Shown piece by piece: positions 9,621 to 20,303 of a stretch of DNA of 64,000 nucleotides; position 1 is the stretch's first letter, and every line of letters begins with the position of its first letter. Source of the DNA: Cytophagales bacterium (lineage in GTDB: Bacteria > Bacteroidota > Bacteroidia > Cytophagales > Cyclobacteriaceae); NCBI GenBank assembly GCA_017303805.1, contig JAFLBQ010000003.1:232821-296820 (forward strand), written 5' to 3'. A model generated the notes under the pieces. The model saw nothing but the letters and a program-made list of their open reading frames with translations. It made no database searches and was not told the DNA's origin. Made by a program: the position numbers and the translations under genes.

Positions 9621-10716
9621 AAAACTGGCAAATCATATCGCAAACGGATTCAATCTGAGCTTCGGTAAGAAACGGATGCAACGGCAACGAGAGCACCTGC
9701 TGTGGTAACTGGCTGGCCACCGGAAATTCTTTTGCAGTATGCTGCAGGTACCCGTAGGCGGGCTCAAAAGGCAAGGCCTGCGGGTAATGCACTAACGTTT
9801 GAATAGCGTGTTCGTCTAAAAAACTGCGTAACTCATTTCGTTTTTGAGCGCGCACAACAAACAAATGATACACGTGCCGCGCGCCCTCAGCCACCACCGG
9901 CAAAGAAATTTCTTTTACCGATGCCAGCCGTTTGCGGTAAATATTTACCAGGTGTTCTCGATGGTGTGTCCACGCCTGCAGGTGATTGAGCTTTACATTT
10001 AAGATGGCTGCCTGTAACGTATCCAACCGGCTGTTCATGCCTTCCATCAGGTGCTCATCTTTCGATAGCCCACCATGATTGGCTAACCTTCTTACCCGCA
10101 AGGCAAATTCATCTTGCTGCGTAACCAGGCACCCGGCATCGCCAAAAGCGCCCAGGTTTTTGGTAGGATAAAAACTAAACACCCCGCAATGGCCTGTGGT
10201 GCCAGCCAGGCCCGCCACCCCAGAAGCGAGGTGTGCCTGCGAGCAGTCTTCAATAAGGTAAACACCGGCCTGATCGCACACCGCTTTAATGGAAGTTACA
10301 TCGGCCATCTGGCCATACAAGTGCACGGCAATTACGGCTTTGGTGTTAGGTGTTAATTTTTTTTGAATCTCACTGGCAGCAATGGTGAACGTGTGCGGCT
10401 CTACATCGGCAAACACCACGCGGGCGCCACAAAACGAAATTACTTCTGCCGAAGAAATCCAACTCCAGGCCGGAGTAATCACTTCATCACCGGGCCCAAC
10501 TCCCAGTGCTTTCAGCGCCAGAAACAATCCATCAGTAGCATTGCCCAACCCAACGGCATGATTGGTTCCGCTCAGCTTTGCAAAGCGCCTTTCAAATTCG
10601 TGTGCCTGCCGGCCGCCAATAAACCAACCTTGCTCCAATACTTCTTTTACAGCGCGGTCTATTTCGGGCTGTATAGCGAGGTACTGCGCAGCAAGGTCGT
10701 TGAATAAAACCTGCAT
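9610..10716 (-). CDS. DegT/DnrJ/EryC1/StrS PLP aminotransferase
   Basis: NATDGL, VHLYGQ, IEDCSQA, SFYPTKNLGAFGDAG (PLP Lys) and NSRLD motifs. Confidence 0.92.
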   Translation of the reverse strand: MQVLFNDLAAQYLAIQPEIDRAVKEVLEQGWFIGGRQAHEFERRFAKLSGTNHAVGLGNATDGLFLALKALGVGPGDEVITPAWSWISSAEVISFCGARVVFADVEPHTFTIAASEIQKKLTPNTKAVIAVHLYGQMADVTSIKAVCDQAGVYLIEDCSQAHLASGVAGLAGTTGHCGVFSFYPTKNLGAFGDAGCLVTQQDEFALRVRRLANHGGLSKDEHLMEGMNSRLDTLQAAILNVKLNHLQAWTHHREHLVNIYRKRLASVKEISLPVVAEGARHVYHLFVVRAQKRNELRSFLDEHAIQTLVHYPQALPFEPAYGYLQHTAKEFPVASQLPQQVLSLPLHPFLTEAQIESVCDMICQFYGN

Positions 10717-10724
10717 GGGATTGT

Positions 10725-11747
10725 TTACATCACCGGTTTAAACTGTTTCAAAAACCGAAGATCGTTTTCAGAGAACAGGCGCAAGTCGTTGATACTGTAG
10801 CGCAGCATCGTAATCCGTTCTATGCCCATTCCAAACGCAAAGCCGGTAAACACTTCGGGGTCGATGCCGCAGTTGCGTAGCACATTGGGGTGCACCATGC
10901 CCGAGCCGGCAATTTCTACCCAGCCGGAATACTTACACACATTGCATCCTTTGCCGTGGCAGATTAAACACGAGATGTCGATTTCGGCACTGGGTTCGGT
11001 AAACGGAAAGAAAGAAGGGCGCAGCCGGATTTTAGTTTCTTTACCAAACATTTCTTTGGCGAAGTGATAAAGCGTTTGCTTTAAATCGGCAAAGCCAACG
11101 TTGGTATCTACGTACAAGCCTTCTACCTGGTGAAAGAAGCAATGAGCGCGGGCCGAGATGGCTTCGTTGCGATACACCCGGCCGGGCATAATAGCACGAA
11201 ACGGAGGCTTGCGGTTTTTCATTAACCTGATTTGCACATTGGAGGTATGCGTGCGCAGGAGCACATCCGGATTCTTTTCAATGAAAAAAGTGTCTTGCAT
11301 TTCGCGGGCCGGATGATTTTCAGGGAAATTGAGGGCCGTGAAGTTGTGCCAGTCGTCTTCTATTTCGGGGCCATCTTCTACATTAAAACCCAGCCGTTCA
11401 AAAATTTCGATAATGCGATAGCGGGTAAGCGACAACGGGTGTTGGCCGCCCGTCTTGCCGGGAATTACCGGTAAGGTTAAATCGCCCGTAAAGGTGGTAG
11501 CGGCAGTATTGCTTTCCAGTTGCTCCTGGCTCAGTTTAAATTTTTCTTCCGAAAACTTTTTGAGTTCGTTCAGTGCTTTGCCAACCAATTTCTTCTGTTC
11601 GGCCGATAGGGCCTTTAGTTCATCAAATAAAAGCGACACTTCGCCTTTTTTGCTGATGAACTGCAAGCGGAAATGCTCGAGCTTATCGCGGGTATCAATA
11701 ACAAATTCCTGTACCCGGGCTTCAATTGCTTTTATCTTGTCTTCCAT
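10725..11747 (-). CDS. pheS: Phenylalanine-tRNA ligase alpha subunit
   Basis: HPAREMQDTF, LRTHTS, GRVYRNE, FHQVEGL, RPSFFPFTEPS and GFAFGMGIER motifs; start placed at ATG 11747. Confidence 0.97.
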   Translation of the reverse strand: MEDKIKAIEARVQEFVIDTRDKLEHFRLQFISKKGEVSLLFDELKALSAEQKKLVGKALNELKKFSEEKFKLSQEQLESNTAATTFTGDLTLPVIPGKTGGQHPLSLTRYRIIEIFERLGFNVEDGPEIEDDWHNFTALNFPENHPAREMQDTFFIEKNPDVLLRTHTSNVQIRLMKNRKPPFRAIMPGRVYRNEAISARAHCFFHQVEGLYVDTNVGFADLKQTLYHFAKEMFGKETKIRLRPSFFPFTEPSAEIDISCLICHGKGCNVCKYSGWVEIAGSGMVHPNVLRNCGIDPEVFTGFAFGMGIERITMLRYSINDLRLFSENDLRFLKQFKPVM

Positions 11748-12786
11748 GGGCCATTTTGGCTTGCGCAAATTTGAGTGTGAAATTAATACTTAAACAGATA
11801 AGCAAGGCAATGGCCAGTATCCAACCGTTGCCCAGGTTGCGCAAAAGTAATGCTAAGAACAGAAAAATTAAATTAATAGAAGCAATGGCTACTACAGCCC
11901 GGGCATGGCTAAACCCGATGTTAATAAACTGGTGGTGCAGGTGGTTGCGGTCGGCCTTGAATGGCGATTGTAACTGGCGCAGGCGTAGAATGATTACCCG
12001 CAGCGTATCGAATACGGGTACAATCAGCACGTATACAGCCGTGGCAACCGAAGCTTTAAATTTATAATCGTTGTCTTCGGGTAAATGAAAATTGATATGA
12101 ATGAATTTGATGGTGAGATACGAAATGAGCAAGCCAATGAGCAACGCTCCGGTATCGCCCATAAAAATGCGTGAAGGCTGCCAGTTGAAATACAGAAAGG
12201 CTGCCAGCGCCCCGACAAAGCAGAAGGCAATTAAACTCAACGTGGTTTCGTCTATCAGAAAAAACCAGGTGCCGTAGCTGGCCAGTATCAACAAGCCAAT
12301 GGTGCCGGCCAACCCATCCAACCCATCTACAAGATTATAGGCATTGGTTAACACCACCACCACGGCTATGGTTATGCCCATACCCACCCACACAGGAAAC
12401 TGCACAGTAGCCAGCCCATAGGTAGAATGAAAAAACGTGCGATCGAGAATTACCAGGATAAGAATGGGTAGAAACTGGCTGTAGAGTTTCTGGCGTGGCG
12501 TTAGCGCCAGAATATCATCGCGCAAGCCGATGGTAAACATCAGCGCCAGCGCGATAAAAAAATAACGGTAGGTAACCCACTCCGCAAAGGAAAAGCCGAG
12601 CATGAGCGCCACCAGGGCCCCCAGCAAAATGGCCAGCCCGCCCATAGAAGGAGTAAATTCAGAATGGATTTTGTGTCTGCCGGGCGAATCAAAAAGTTTC
12701 CATTGCGTGAGAACTTTTATGAATACCGGGAAAAACAAAAACGCAGTTAAGAATGCCGTTGCCGAATAGAAAAAGAGATTTAGCAC
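11722..12786 (-). CDS. MraY/WecA-family undecaprenyl-phosphate GlcNAc-1-P transferase
   Basis: PSMGG, GLRDD, NAYNLVDGLDGL, FMGDTG and HLHH motifs; multiple TMs. Confidence 0.9.
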   Translation of the reverse strand: MLNLFFYSATAFLTAFLFFPVFIKVLTQWKLFDSPGRHKIHSEFTPSMGGLAILLGALVALMLGFSFAEWVTYRYFFIALALMFTIGLRDDILALTPRQKLYSQFLPILILVILDRTFFHSTYGLATVQFPVWVGMGITIAVVVVLTNAYNLVDGLDGLAGTIGLLILASYGTWFFLIDETTLSLIAFCFVGALAAFLYFNWQPSRIFMGDTGALLIGLLISYLTIKFIHINFHLPEDNDYKFKASVATAVYVLIVPVFDTLRVIILRLRQLQSPFKADRNHLHHQFINIGFSHARAVVAIASINLIFLFLALLLRNLGNGWILAIALLICLSINFTLKFAQAKMAHGRQDKSN

Positions 12787-12843
12787 ACCAATTGCAAAAT
12801 TTTGAGTTGTGCAAGTTAATTCATTTGCCGGGTAGGATGGTAA

Positions 12844-13863
12844 CTAAACAGCCGGCAGGTTTTTCAGATACCATCGCACGGTTTTAATAATGCCACTTTC
12901 AAAATTTTCCTGAGCCCGCCAGCCCAATTCGGTTTCGATTTTGGAGGTATCGATGGCGTAGCGTTTATCGTGCCCCGCGCGGTCTTTTACATAGGTAATT
13001 TGCGCTTTGTACGACTTGCCTGCGGGCAGCGGTTTTTCTGCATCCAGCAACGTGCAAATGGTTTGCACAATCTGGTTGTTGGTGCGCTCGTTGCGCCCGC
13101 CAATGTTATACGTCTCACCGGCTTTTCCGTTTTTAAATGCCAACTCAATTCCACGGGCATGATCCAACACATACAACCAATCGCGCACGTTTAAGCCATC
13201 GCCATAAATGGGAATAGGCTGGCCGCTAATGGCTTTGCGGATAATGGTTGGAATAAGCTTTTCGGTATGTTGCTTGGGGCCATAGTTATTCGAGCAATTG
13301 GTGGTAACTACATTTAACCCGTACGTATGGTGGTAGCTGCGCACCAATAAATCGCTGCTGGCTTTGGAAGCCGAGTACGGGCTGTTGGGTGCATACGGTG
13401 TTGTTTCGGTAAACAGGCCTTGCGGCCCGAGCGATCCGTACACTTCATCGGTGCTGATGTGAAGAAAGCGATTGGCTTCGCAGCCGGGCTTTACTTCGAA
13501 GGGGGCCTGTAGCCAATGCTTGCGTGCCACATCCAGCAAGGTAAACGTGCCATGGATGTTGGTGCGGATAAAAGCCTCGGGTCCCGAAATAGAATTATCT
13601 ACATGCGACTCAGCTGCAAAATGGATTACCCCGCTGAACTGATGTTGTTGAAATAAACTTTCCAGCAAAGCCCGATCGCAGATATCGCCCTTTACAAAAT
13701 GATAGCGGGGGTTGGACTCCACTTCGTTCAGGTTGGCGGGGTTTCCGGCATAGGTAAGTAAATCGAGGTTTACTATTTCGGTAGTTGCATTCGCTTCCAG
13801 CCAATGGGCTATAAAGTTGGAGCCTATAAATCCTGCGCCTCCGGTAACTAAAATTTTATTCAT
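12844..13863 (-). CDS. rfbB: dTDP-glucose 4,6-dehydratase
   Basis: TGGAGFIGSN, HFAAESHVD, STDEVYG, YSASK and DRAGHD motifs. Confidence 0.96.
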   Translation of the reverse strand: MNKILVTGGAGFIGSNFIAHWLEANATTEIVNLDLLTYAGNPANLNEVESNPRYHFVKGDICDRALLESLFQQHQFSGVIHFAAESHVDNSISGPEAFIRTNIHGTFTLLDVARKHWLQAPFEVKPGCEANRFLHISTDEVYGSLGPQGLFTETTPYAPNSPYSASKASSDLLVRSYHHTYGLNVVTTNCSNNYGPKQHTEKLIPTIIRKAISGQPIPIYGDGLNVRDWLYVLDHARGIELAFKNGKAGETYNIGGRNERTNNQIVQTICTLLDAEKPLPAGKSYKAQITYVKDRAGHDKRYAIDTSKIETELGWRAQENFESGIIKTVRWYLKNLPAV

Positions 13864-13875
13864 TGCTCTGTGATT

Positions 13876-14421
13876 TCAAAAGGTAAAATGTGCTTGCTGT
13901 AAGGGTGGGTTTTTCTGGTCTTTTTCTGAAAGCACCACATCGGCAGGCAAGTACTGCTGCAAATTTAACTGCGGGTCTAACAGATTTATTCCGCCTTCGG
14001 CTTGCGGATGGTAGTAGTTATCGCACTTGTACAAAATCTCGGCCTTCTCGCTTAGTGTAACAAAGCCGTGTGCAAACCCAACCGGCACCCATAACTGCTT
14101 GAAGTTTTCGGCCGATAATTCTACTGTAAAAATTTTGCCGAAGGTAGGTTCTGCGCTTCGCAGGTCCAGCACGATATCCAACACGGCACCGCTCAGCACC
14201 CGCACTAATTTGGTTTGGGCGTACGGCTTATTCTGATAGTGAAGCCCGCGCGCTACTCCTTTGGCAGATTGCGATTGGTTATCCTGCACAAACGTGGCGT
14301 TTAATCCCAACTGCGTGAAGACGCGCGCATTGAAACTTTCCATAAAATATCCGCGTGCATCGCGCAACACCTTGGGTTCTAAAATGAACAGCCCACTAAA
14401 GGGGGTGGGGGTTAACGTCAT
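13876..14421 (-). CDS. rfbC: dTDP-4-dehydrorhamnose 3,5-epimerase
   Basis: D.RGYF.E, QDN.S.S..GV.RGLHYQ, GFAHGF and YKCDNYY motifs. Confidence 0.96.
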   Translation of the reverse strand: MTLTPTPFSGLFILEPKVLRDARGYFMESFNARVFTQLGLNATFVQDNQSQSAKGVARGLHYQNKPYAQTKLVRVLSGAVLDIVLDLRSAEPTFGKIFTVELSAENFKQLWVPVGFAHGFVTLSEKAEILYKCDNYYHPQAEGGINLLDPQLNLQQYLPADVVLSEKDQKNPPLQQAHFTF

Positions 14422-15296
14422 GGCAAGGTCTTGTCTTTTAAAATCTTCATCAGGTACTGGCCATACTGATTTTTAAGTAATGGTTTTGCCAGCTCGGTTA
14501 ACTGGTGTGCCGAAATGTAGCCTTTGCGAAAAGCTATCTCTTCGAGGCAGGCGATTTTTAATCCTTGCCGTTCTTCTATCGACTCTACAAAGTTGGAGGC
14601 CTGCAACAGCGATTGGTGGGTGCCGGTATCCAGCCACGCCATGCCGCGGCCCAACAGTTTTACATTCAGTTTTTTTTCTTCCAGGTAGAGTTTATTCAGG
14701 TCGGTTATTTCCAACTCGCCCCGGGGAGATGGTTTTAACGACCGGGCTTTTGCCACTACCGTGTTATCGTAAAAATATAATCCGGTAACTGCATAGTTCG
14801 ATTTAGGTGCTGTTGGCTTTTCTTCGAGCGAGAGCACGTTGCCGTGCGTATCAAACTCGGCCACACCGTAGCGCTCGGGGTCGTTTACATAATACCCAAA
14901 CACGGTAGCACCGGTTTTCAGTTTGCTTACTTCTTCCAGCATACCCGAAAAGCCGTAGCCATAAAAAATATTATCGCCCAAAATGAGGCACGAAGAATCG
15001 GTGCCAACAAACGTATCGCCAATAAGAAAAGCCTGCGCCAGGCCATCGGGCGAAGGTTGCTCGCGGTATTCCAGCCTTAACCCGAGGTGCGAGCCATCGC
15101 CCAGTAAATTTTTAAAGTGCGGCAAATCTTGCGGAGTAGAAATAATTAAGATCTCGCGAATGTTGGCCAGCATTAATACCGATAGCGGATAGTAAATCAT
15201 CGGCTTATCGTAAATGGGCAAAATTTGCTTCGAGACAGACTTTGTAAGCGGATAAAGTCGGGTACCCGAACCGCCTGCCAGAATTATTCCCTTCAT
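14418..15296 (-). CDS. rfbA: Glucose-1-phosphate thymidylyltransferase
   Basis: [26 protein letters not shown] and WLDTGT motifs. Confidence 0.97.
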   Translation of the reverse strand: MKGIILAGGSGTRLYPLTKSVSKQILPIYDKPMIYYPLSVLMLANIREILIISTPQDLPHFKNLLGDGSHLGLRLEYREQPSPDGLAQAFLIGDTFVGTDSSCLILGDNIFYGYGFSGMLEEVSKLKTGATVFGYYVNDPERYGVAEFDTHGNVLSLEEKPTAPKSNYAVTGLYFYDNTVVAKARSLKPSPRGELEITDLNKLYLEEKKLNVKLLGRGMAWLDTGTHQSLLQASNFVESIEERQGLKIACLEEIAFRKGYISAHQLTELAKPLLKNQYGQYLMKILKDKTLP

Positions 15297-15340
15297 AAGT
15301 TGATCTTTTGGTGCAAGATATTAAAAACCTGTGCCGATAC

Positions 15341-16369
15341 TTAGTTTACGAGGCCCCTGATTTTCTGCTCCCATTGCCAGGCATGCAGCAACGATTGTCC
15401 CAAATCGTAGGTGGGTTTCCAGTGCAGGGCTTGCATTACTTTGTGCGGGTTGGCGTACACCTTTTCCACATCGCCCGGTCTGCGCGGCCCGATTTTATAA
15501 TTCAGCTTTACACCCGTTACTTCTATAAATTTTTTTACAAGTTCTAATACCGACACCCCCACACCGGTGCCCAGGTTAAACACCTCGCATACCGTGGGCG
15601 ATTTTAGGTGGTTCAAAAACTCGATGGCCTTTACGTGGGCCGTAGCCACATCGCATACATGTATGAAATCGCGCAGGCAGGAGCCATCGGGGGTTGCGTA
15701 GTCGTTGCCGAATACCGTAAGCTGTGCACGTACCCCGGCTGCAGTTTGTGTTACATACGGCACCAGGTTATTGGGTATGCCAATGGGAAGCTCGCCAATC
15801 AATGCCGAAGGGTGTGCGCCTATCGGGTTGAAGTAGCGTAACGACACCACGCGCAGGCCTTCGGTAGTCATATCTTCCAGTATGCGCTCGCACAATTGTT
15901 TGGTTGCCCCGTAAGGCGATTCGGCCCTTTTAAAAGGCGCGGTTTCATCTACCGGAATGTGATCGGGTTGGCCGTACACGGTGCACGATGACGAGAAAAT
16001 CAAATCAGGCACGCGGTGGCGCTTCATGGTTTCTAACACCACCAGCAGAGAACCCACATTGTTGTTATAATACATCAAAGGCTTCTCTACCGATTCGTTT
16101 ACCGATTTGTAGGCAGCAAAATGAATAACGGCATCGAACCGGTTGGCAGCAAAGAGTTGATCCAAAGCGGCAGCATCGAGGCAATTCACTTTGGTAAACG
16201 TAAATTCTTTTTGTGTAATGGAGCTTACACCTTCTACTATGCGTTGTTCGCTGCGCTCCAGCGAATCGATGGCGGTAACCTGGTAGCCGGCATGGAGCAA
16301 CTCCACCACCGTGTGGGCTCCTATGTAGCCTGCACCCCCGGTAACCAGTACATGTTGCTTATCTTTCAC
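15341..16369 (-). CDS. galE: UDP-glucose 4-epimerase
   Basis: TGGAGYIG, HFAAYKSV.ES, SSSCTVYG, PYGATK and LRYFNP.GAH motifs. Confidence 0.93.
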   Translation of the reverse strand: MKDKQHVLVTGGAGYIGAHTVVELLHAGYQVTAIDSLERSEQRIVEGVSSITQKEFTFTKVNCLDAAALDQLFAANRFDAVIHFAAYKSVNESVEKPLMYYNNNVGSLLVVLETMKRHRVPDLIFSSSCTVYGQPDHIPVDETAPFKRAESPYGATKQLCERILEDMTTEGLRVVSLRYFNPIGAHPSALIGELPIGIPNNLVPYVTQTAAGVRAQLTVFGNDYATPDGSCLRDFIHVCDVATAHVKAIEFLNHLKSPTVCEVFNLGTGVGVSVLELVKKFIEVTGVKLNYKIGPRRPGDVEKVYANPHKVMQALHWKPTYDLGQSLLHAWQWEQKIRGLVN

Positions 16370-16380
16370 TGCTGCTGTTG

Positions 16381-17631
16381 TTAGAGTCGTGCGGTTACTT
16401 CGGCTTTATTTAAAAAGCCTTTTACATCGTACACAATGGTTTTGCCGGTGCGAATGGTTGCCCAATCCAGATTTTTAAACTCGTTGTGGCTTACTGCCAA
16501 CACAATGGCCGCATAAGCTTTATTCAAATCCGAAATAAGCGTAAGGTTGTATTCGTGTTGTACTTCCGCCACATCGGCATGCGGATCGTACACTTCTACA
16601 TCGGCACCAAAACTTTGCAACTCGCGAATTACATCAATAGCACGGCTGTTGCGAATGTCGGGGCAGTTTTCTTTAAACGTTATACCCAACACCAACACCT
16701 TGGCTTTGTTTACCGGCAAATCGTTTTGCGTCATGAGTTTGATAACGCGATTGGCAATGTGAATGCCCATGTTATCGTTTATTCTGCGGCCCGCCAGAAT
16801 TACCTGTGGGTGATAGCCGAGGCTATCGGCTTTGTAGGTGAGGTAGTACGGATCTACTCCTATGCAATGCCCGCCCACGAGGCCGGGTTTGTACGACAAA
16901 AAATTCCATTTCGTTCCGGCCGCCTCTAACACCTCGTGGGTATCGATGCCCATCTTTTCGAAGATAAGCGCCAGTTCGTTTACAAAGGCTATGTTAATAT
17001 CGCGCTGCGAGTTTTCGATTACTTTGGCCGCTTCGGCTACTTTTATAGCAGATGCCTTGTGGGTGCCGGCTTTGATAATGCGTTTGTAAAGTTGATCTAC
17101 CTGCTCGGCAACTTCGGGGGTGCTGCCGCTGGTTACTTTCTTTATGGTAGGCAGGCGATGTTGCTTGTCTCCGGGATTAATGCGCTCGGGCGAATAGCCG
17201 CAGTAAAAATCAACGTTAAATTTTAAGCCGCTGAATTTTTCCAATACCGGCACGCAGTCTTCTTCGGTACAACCGGGGTACACGGTAGATTCATAAATCA
17301 CGATGTCGCCCTTCTTTAAAACCTTGCCTACTGTTTCGCTGGCTTTCTTTAGCGGAGTAAGATCAGGCGTTTTAAATTCATCTACCGGGGTGGGCACGGT
17401 AACAATAAAGCAGGTTACTGCTTTCAACGCCTCGGGGTTATCGGAAAAAGTTAAGTGCGTTGCTGCTTGCAGCTCGGCTTTGTCCACTTCGAGGGTACGG
17501 TCGTGGCCATTTTTCAGTTCGGCAATACGCTCGCGGTTAATATCAAAGCCTACCACCGGTTGAATCTTGCCAAACTCTACCGCTAGTGGCAGCCCCACGT
17601 ACCCTAATCCTATAATGCCTAATTTTTCCAT
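16381..17631 (-). CDS. UDP-HexNAc/UDP-glucose 6-dehydrogenase (TviB/WbpO-like)
   Basis: GLGYVGLP, ESTVYPG, SPERINPG, KVIENSQRD, GGHCIGVDPYY and FKENCPD motifs. Confidence 0.9.
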   Translation of the reverse strand: MEKLGIIGLGYVGLPLAVEFGKIQPVVGFDINRERIAELKNGHDRTLEVDKAELQAATHLTFSDNPEALKAVTCFIVTVPTPVDEFKTPDLTPLKKASETVGKVLKKGDIVIYESTVYPGCTEEDCVPVLEKFSGLKFNVDFYCGYSPERINPGDKQHRLPTIKKVTSGSTPEVAEQVDQLYKRIIKAGTHKASAIKVAEAAKVIENSQRDINIAFVNELALIFEKMGIDTHEVLEAAGTKWNFLSYKPGLVGGHCIGVDPYYLTYKADSLGYHPQVILAGRRINDNMGIHIANRVIKLMTQNDLPVNKAKVLVLGITFKENCPDIRNSRAIDVIRELQSFGADVEVYDPHADVAEVQHEYNLTLISDLNKAYAAIVLAVSHNEFKNLDWATIRTGKTIVYDVKGFLNKAEVTARL

Positions 17632-17637
17632 TCTACC

Positions 17638-18654
17638 TTAAATCTTATAATACGATCTATACCACGTTACAAAGTTGCCGATTCCGGTTTCGATGGGCGT
17701 GCCCGGCTTAAAGTCTACCGCGTTCACCAGGTCATCTACATTGGCAAAGGTGGCGGGCACATCGCCATCTTGCAGCGGCAAGAAATTTTTTACGGCCTTT
17801 TTGCCCAGCTTGTTTTCCAGTACTTCAATAAAGTGCAGCAACTCTACCGGCTGGTTGTTGCCGATGTTAAAAATTCTATACGGTGCAAAACTGGTGGCCG
17901 GGTCGGGCGCCTCGCCACTCCAGGCAGGGTTGCCCTTGGGGATGTGCGGCACCAGGCGCACAATGCCTTCTACAATGTCATCCACGTACGTGAAATCGCG
18001 CAGCATCTTACCATTATTATATACATCGATGGGGCGCCCCTCTAAAATTGCTTTGGTAAAAATAAACAGCGCCATATCGGGCCGGCCATACGGACCGTAC
18101 ACTGTAAAAAAACGCAAGCCGGTGGTAGGGATCTGGTACAGGTTGGAATACGCATGAGCCATTAGCTCGTTTGCCTTCTTACTTACGGCATACAATGCCA
18201 GTGGATGATCTACATTATCGTGCACTGAAAATGGCATTTTGCGATTGGCACCGTACACCGAACTGGACGAGGCATAGATTAAATGCGCCACCGGATTATT
18301 GCGGCAGCCTTCCAGCACATTTAAGAATCCCGTAAGGTTGCTATCTAAGTACGCATACGGGTTTTGAATAGAGTACCGCACCCCGGCTTGCGCGGCCAGG
18401 TTTATTACTACACTGAAACCGGATTTGGCAAAGAGTGCATCGATGGCGGGCTTATCCTGCAAGTCGGCTTGCACAAATGTAAAATCAGGGAGCGCCTGCA
18501 AGATGGCAAGGCGCGCTTTTTTCAGATTCACATCGTAATAGTCGTTTAGATTATCTAACCCCACCACCGTGTAGCCCATGGCCACCAACCTTTTGCTTAC
18601 ATGAAACCCGATAAAGCCTGCAGCACCCGTAACCAAGATTCGTTTTGAACTCAC
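17638..18654 (-). CDS. NAD-dependent epimerase, UDP-glucuronate 4-epimerase-like
   Basis: TGAAGFIG, NLAAQAGVRYS, ASSSSVYG, YAVSK and RFFTVYGPYGRPDMA motifs; GTG start. Confidence 0.9.
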   Translation of the reverse strand: MSSKRILVTGAAGFIGFHVSKRLVAMGYTVVGLDNLNDYYDVNLKKARLAILQALPDFTFVQADLQDKPAIDALFAKSGFSVVINLAAQAGVRYSIQNPYAYLDSNLTGFLNVLEGCRNNPVAHLIYASSSSVYGANRKMPFSVHDNVDHPLALYAVSKKANELMAHAYSNLYQIPTTGLRFFTVYGPYGRPDMALFIFTKAILEGRPIDVYNNGKMLRDFTYVDDIVEGIVRLVPHIPKGNPAWSGEAPDPATSFAPYRIFNIGNNQPVELLHFIEVLENKLGKKAVKNFLPLQDGDVPATFANVDDLVNAVDFKPGTPIETGIGNFVTWYRSYYKI

Positions 18655-18742
18655 AATTCAAGAATTTGGGCCCAAAAGTACATCAAATCTGGTTAGTTTT
18701 ACGCCTGTTACCTGCTATCGACTTAATTAAAAAACAAAGCCC

Positions 18743-19399
18743 GTGCTACGGCAACTTTTCCGCAAAGAACTTACCCTCGAACTCAGGCGCAAGGCCGTTA
18801 TTTCGGGCATTGCTTTGTACTTATGCAGCACCGTATTTATCTGTTATCTAACCTTTAGCCTGCGGCAAAATCAAATTACGCCACTGGTGTGGAGCGCGTT
18901 GTTTTGGGTAACCATTTTGTTTTCGGTAATCAATACGGTAGCCAAAAGTTTTTTGGGCGAAAAAAAAGGCCGCGAGATGTATTACTATTCCATAGCCTCG
19001 CCCACAGCCATCTTGCTTTCTAAAATGGGATATAATTTTCTGCTCATCACCCTGCTTTCGTTTAGCGGATGGCTTTTGTTTGTACTCTTCCTCAACAATC
19101 CGCTGGCCGATACCACCCTGTTTGCAGCTACACTGGTTTTAACCGCCCTTGGCTTTTCCACTTCACTCACGTTGCTATCGGCCCTCGCTGCCAAAGCCAA
19201 CCACAGTAATATTCTGATGGCCGTGCTCAGCTTTCCGGTAGTGATTTCGGTATTGCTGATTGCCATTAAGGTTACCAAAAATTGTATTGACGGGCTGGAC
19301 CGTTCTGTTAGTTACCCCGAACTGCTTACGTTGCTGGCAATTAATTGCCTGGTGGCGGCAGTGTCGTACCTGCTCTTCCCGTATATTTGGCGCAGTTAA
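18743..19399 (+). CDS. ccmB: Heme exporter protein B
   Basis: Six-TM pattern; KELTLELR, LFW..ILFS and L.FPVVI..L motifs; upstream of ccmC. Confidence 0.85.
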   Translation: MLRQLFRKELTLELRRKAVISGIALYLCSTVFICYLTFSLRQNQITPLVWSALFWVTILFSVINTVAKSFLGEKKGREMYYYSIASPTAILLSKMGYNFLLITLLSFSGWLLFVLFLNNPLADTTLFAATLVLTALGFSTSLTLLSALAAKANHSNILMAVLSFPVVISVLLIAIKVTKNCIDGLDRSVSYPELLTLLAINCLVAAVSYLLFPYIWRS

Positions 19400-19408
19400 A
19401 AAATTGAG

Positions 19409-20077
19409 ATGAAGACGTGGGCTAAGATCTTAAGTGTTGTTCTTCTGGTTTATACCATTGTAGCTGGCTTTTTATTTGACGTGCCGCGGCTTAACATTGT
19501 GAACGAAAGCATCCGCTCGCTGTACTTTCATGTGCCCATGTGGTTTGGTATGATTGCCCTCTTCACGGTGTCGTTGGGGTATTCTATTTTGTATTTAAAT
19601 AAGCCCAGCTTAAAATTTGATGCCTACGCGGTTGAGTTTGTACATACCGGCATTGTGTTAAACCTGTTGGGGTTAACCACGGGCATGATCTGGGCAAACT
19701 ACACGTGGGGTTCGCCCTGGCATGGCGACCCAAAGCAAAACGGTGCGGCTATCTCGCTGCTTATTTACCTCGCTTACTTTGTGCTGCGCGGCTCCATCGA
19801 CAACGAAGATCAGAAAGCCCGGCTGAGTGCCGTGTATAATATCTTTGCCTATGCCGCCATGGTTCCGTTGCTGTTCATCATTCCGCGCATGACCAGCTCG
19901 ATGCACCCCGGCAATGGCGGCAACCCCGGATTTAATATGTACGACTTAGACAGCCAGATGCGGCTGGTGTTTTATCCCGCTGTTATTGGCTGGGGACTAC
20001 TTGGTGCGTGGATAGCTACCTTGCGTGTGCGGATAAGATTAATTAATGAAAAACTTTCAAATCTTGAACATGACTAG
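19409..20077 (+). CDS. ccmC: Heme exporter protein C
   Basis: YFHVP heme His, Trp-rich WANYTWGSPWHGDPK and second His in SMHP. Confidence 0.88.
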   Translation: MKTWAKILSVVLLVYTIVAGFLFDVPRLNIVNESIRSLYFHVPMWFGMIALFTVSLGYSILYLNKPSLKFDAYAVEFVHTGIVLNLLGLTTGMIWANYTWGSPWHGDPKQNGAAISLLIYLAYFVLRGSIDNEDQKARLSAVYNIFAYAAMVPLLFIIPRMTSSMHPGNGGNPGFNMYDLDSQMRLVFYPAVIGWGLLGAWIATLRVRIRLINEKLSNLEHD

Positions 20078-20303
20078 AATTATTCGGCTTGTAATGGCTA
20101 TACTGATGCTGCCGCTTATACTTAATGCCCAACCGGTAGAAATGGCCGACACCATGCGCTCGGAAGGAAAGATTTATGTAGTAGTGGCAATTCTGCTCCT
20201 CATTTTTGCAGGCCTGATTGCCTACCTGGTAATGTTAGATCGGAAGATTACGAAGATTGAGAAACGATTATCCGATGAGCGCGGGCCTGATGCCGACCTG
20301 TAA
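20070..20303 (+). CDS. ccmD: CcmD-family small membrane protein
   Basis: MADTMRSEGKIYVVVAILLLIFAGLIAYLVMLDRKITKIEK: one TM followed by a basic helix, directly after ccmC. Start placed at ATG 20070. Confidence 0.75.
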   Translation: MTRIIRLVMAILMLPLILNAQPVEMADTMRSEGKIYVVVAILLLIFAGLIAYLVMLDRKITKIEKRLSDERGPDADL

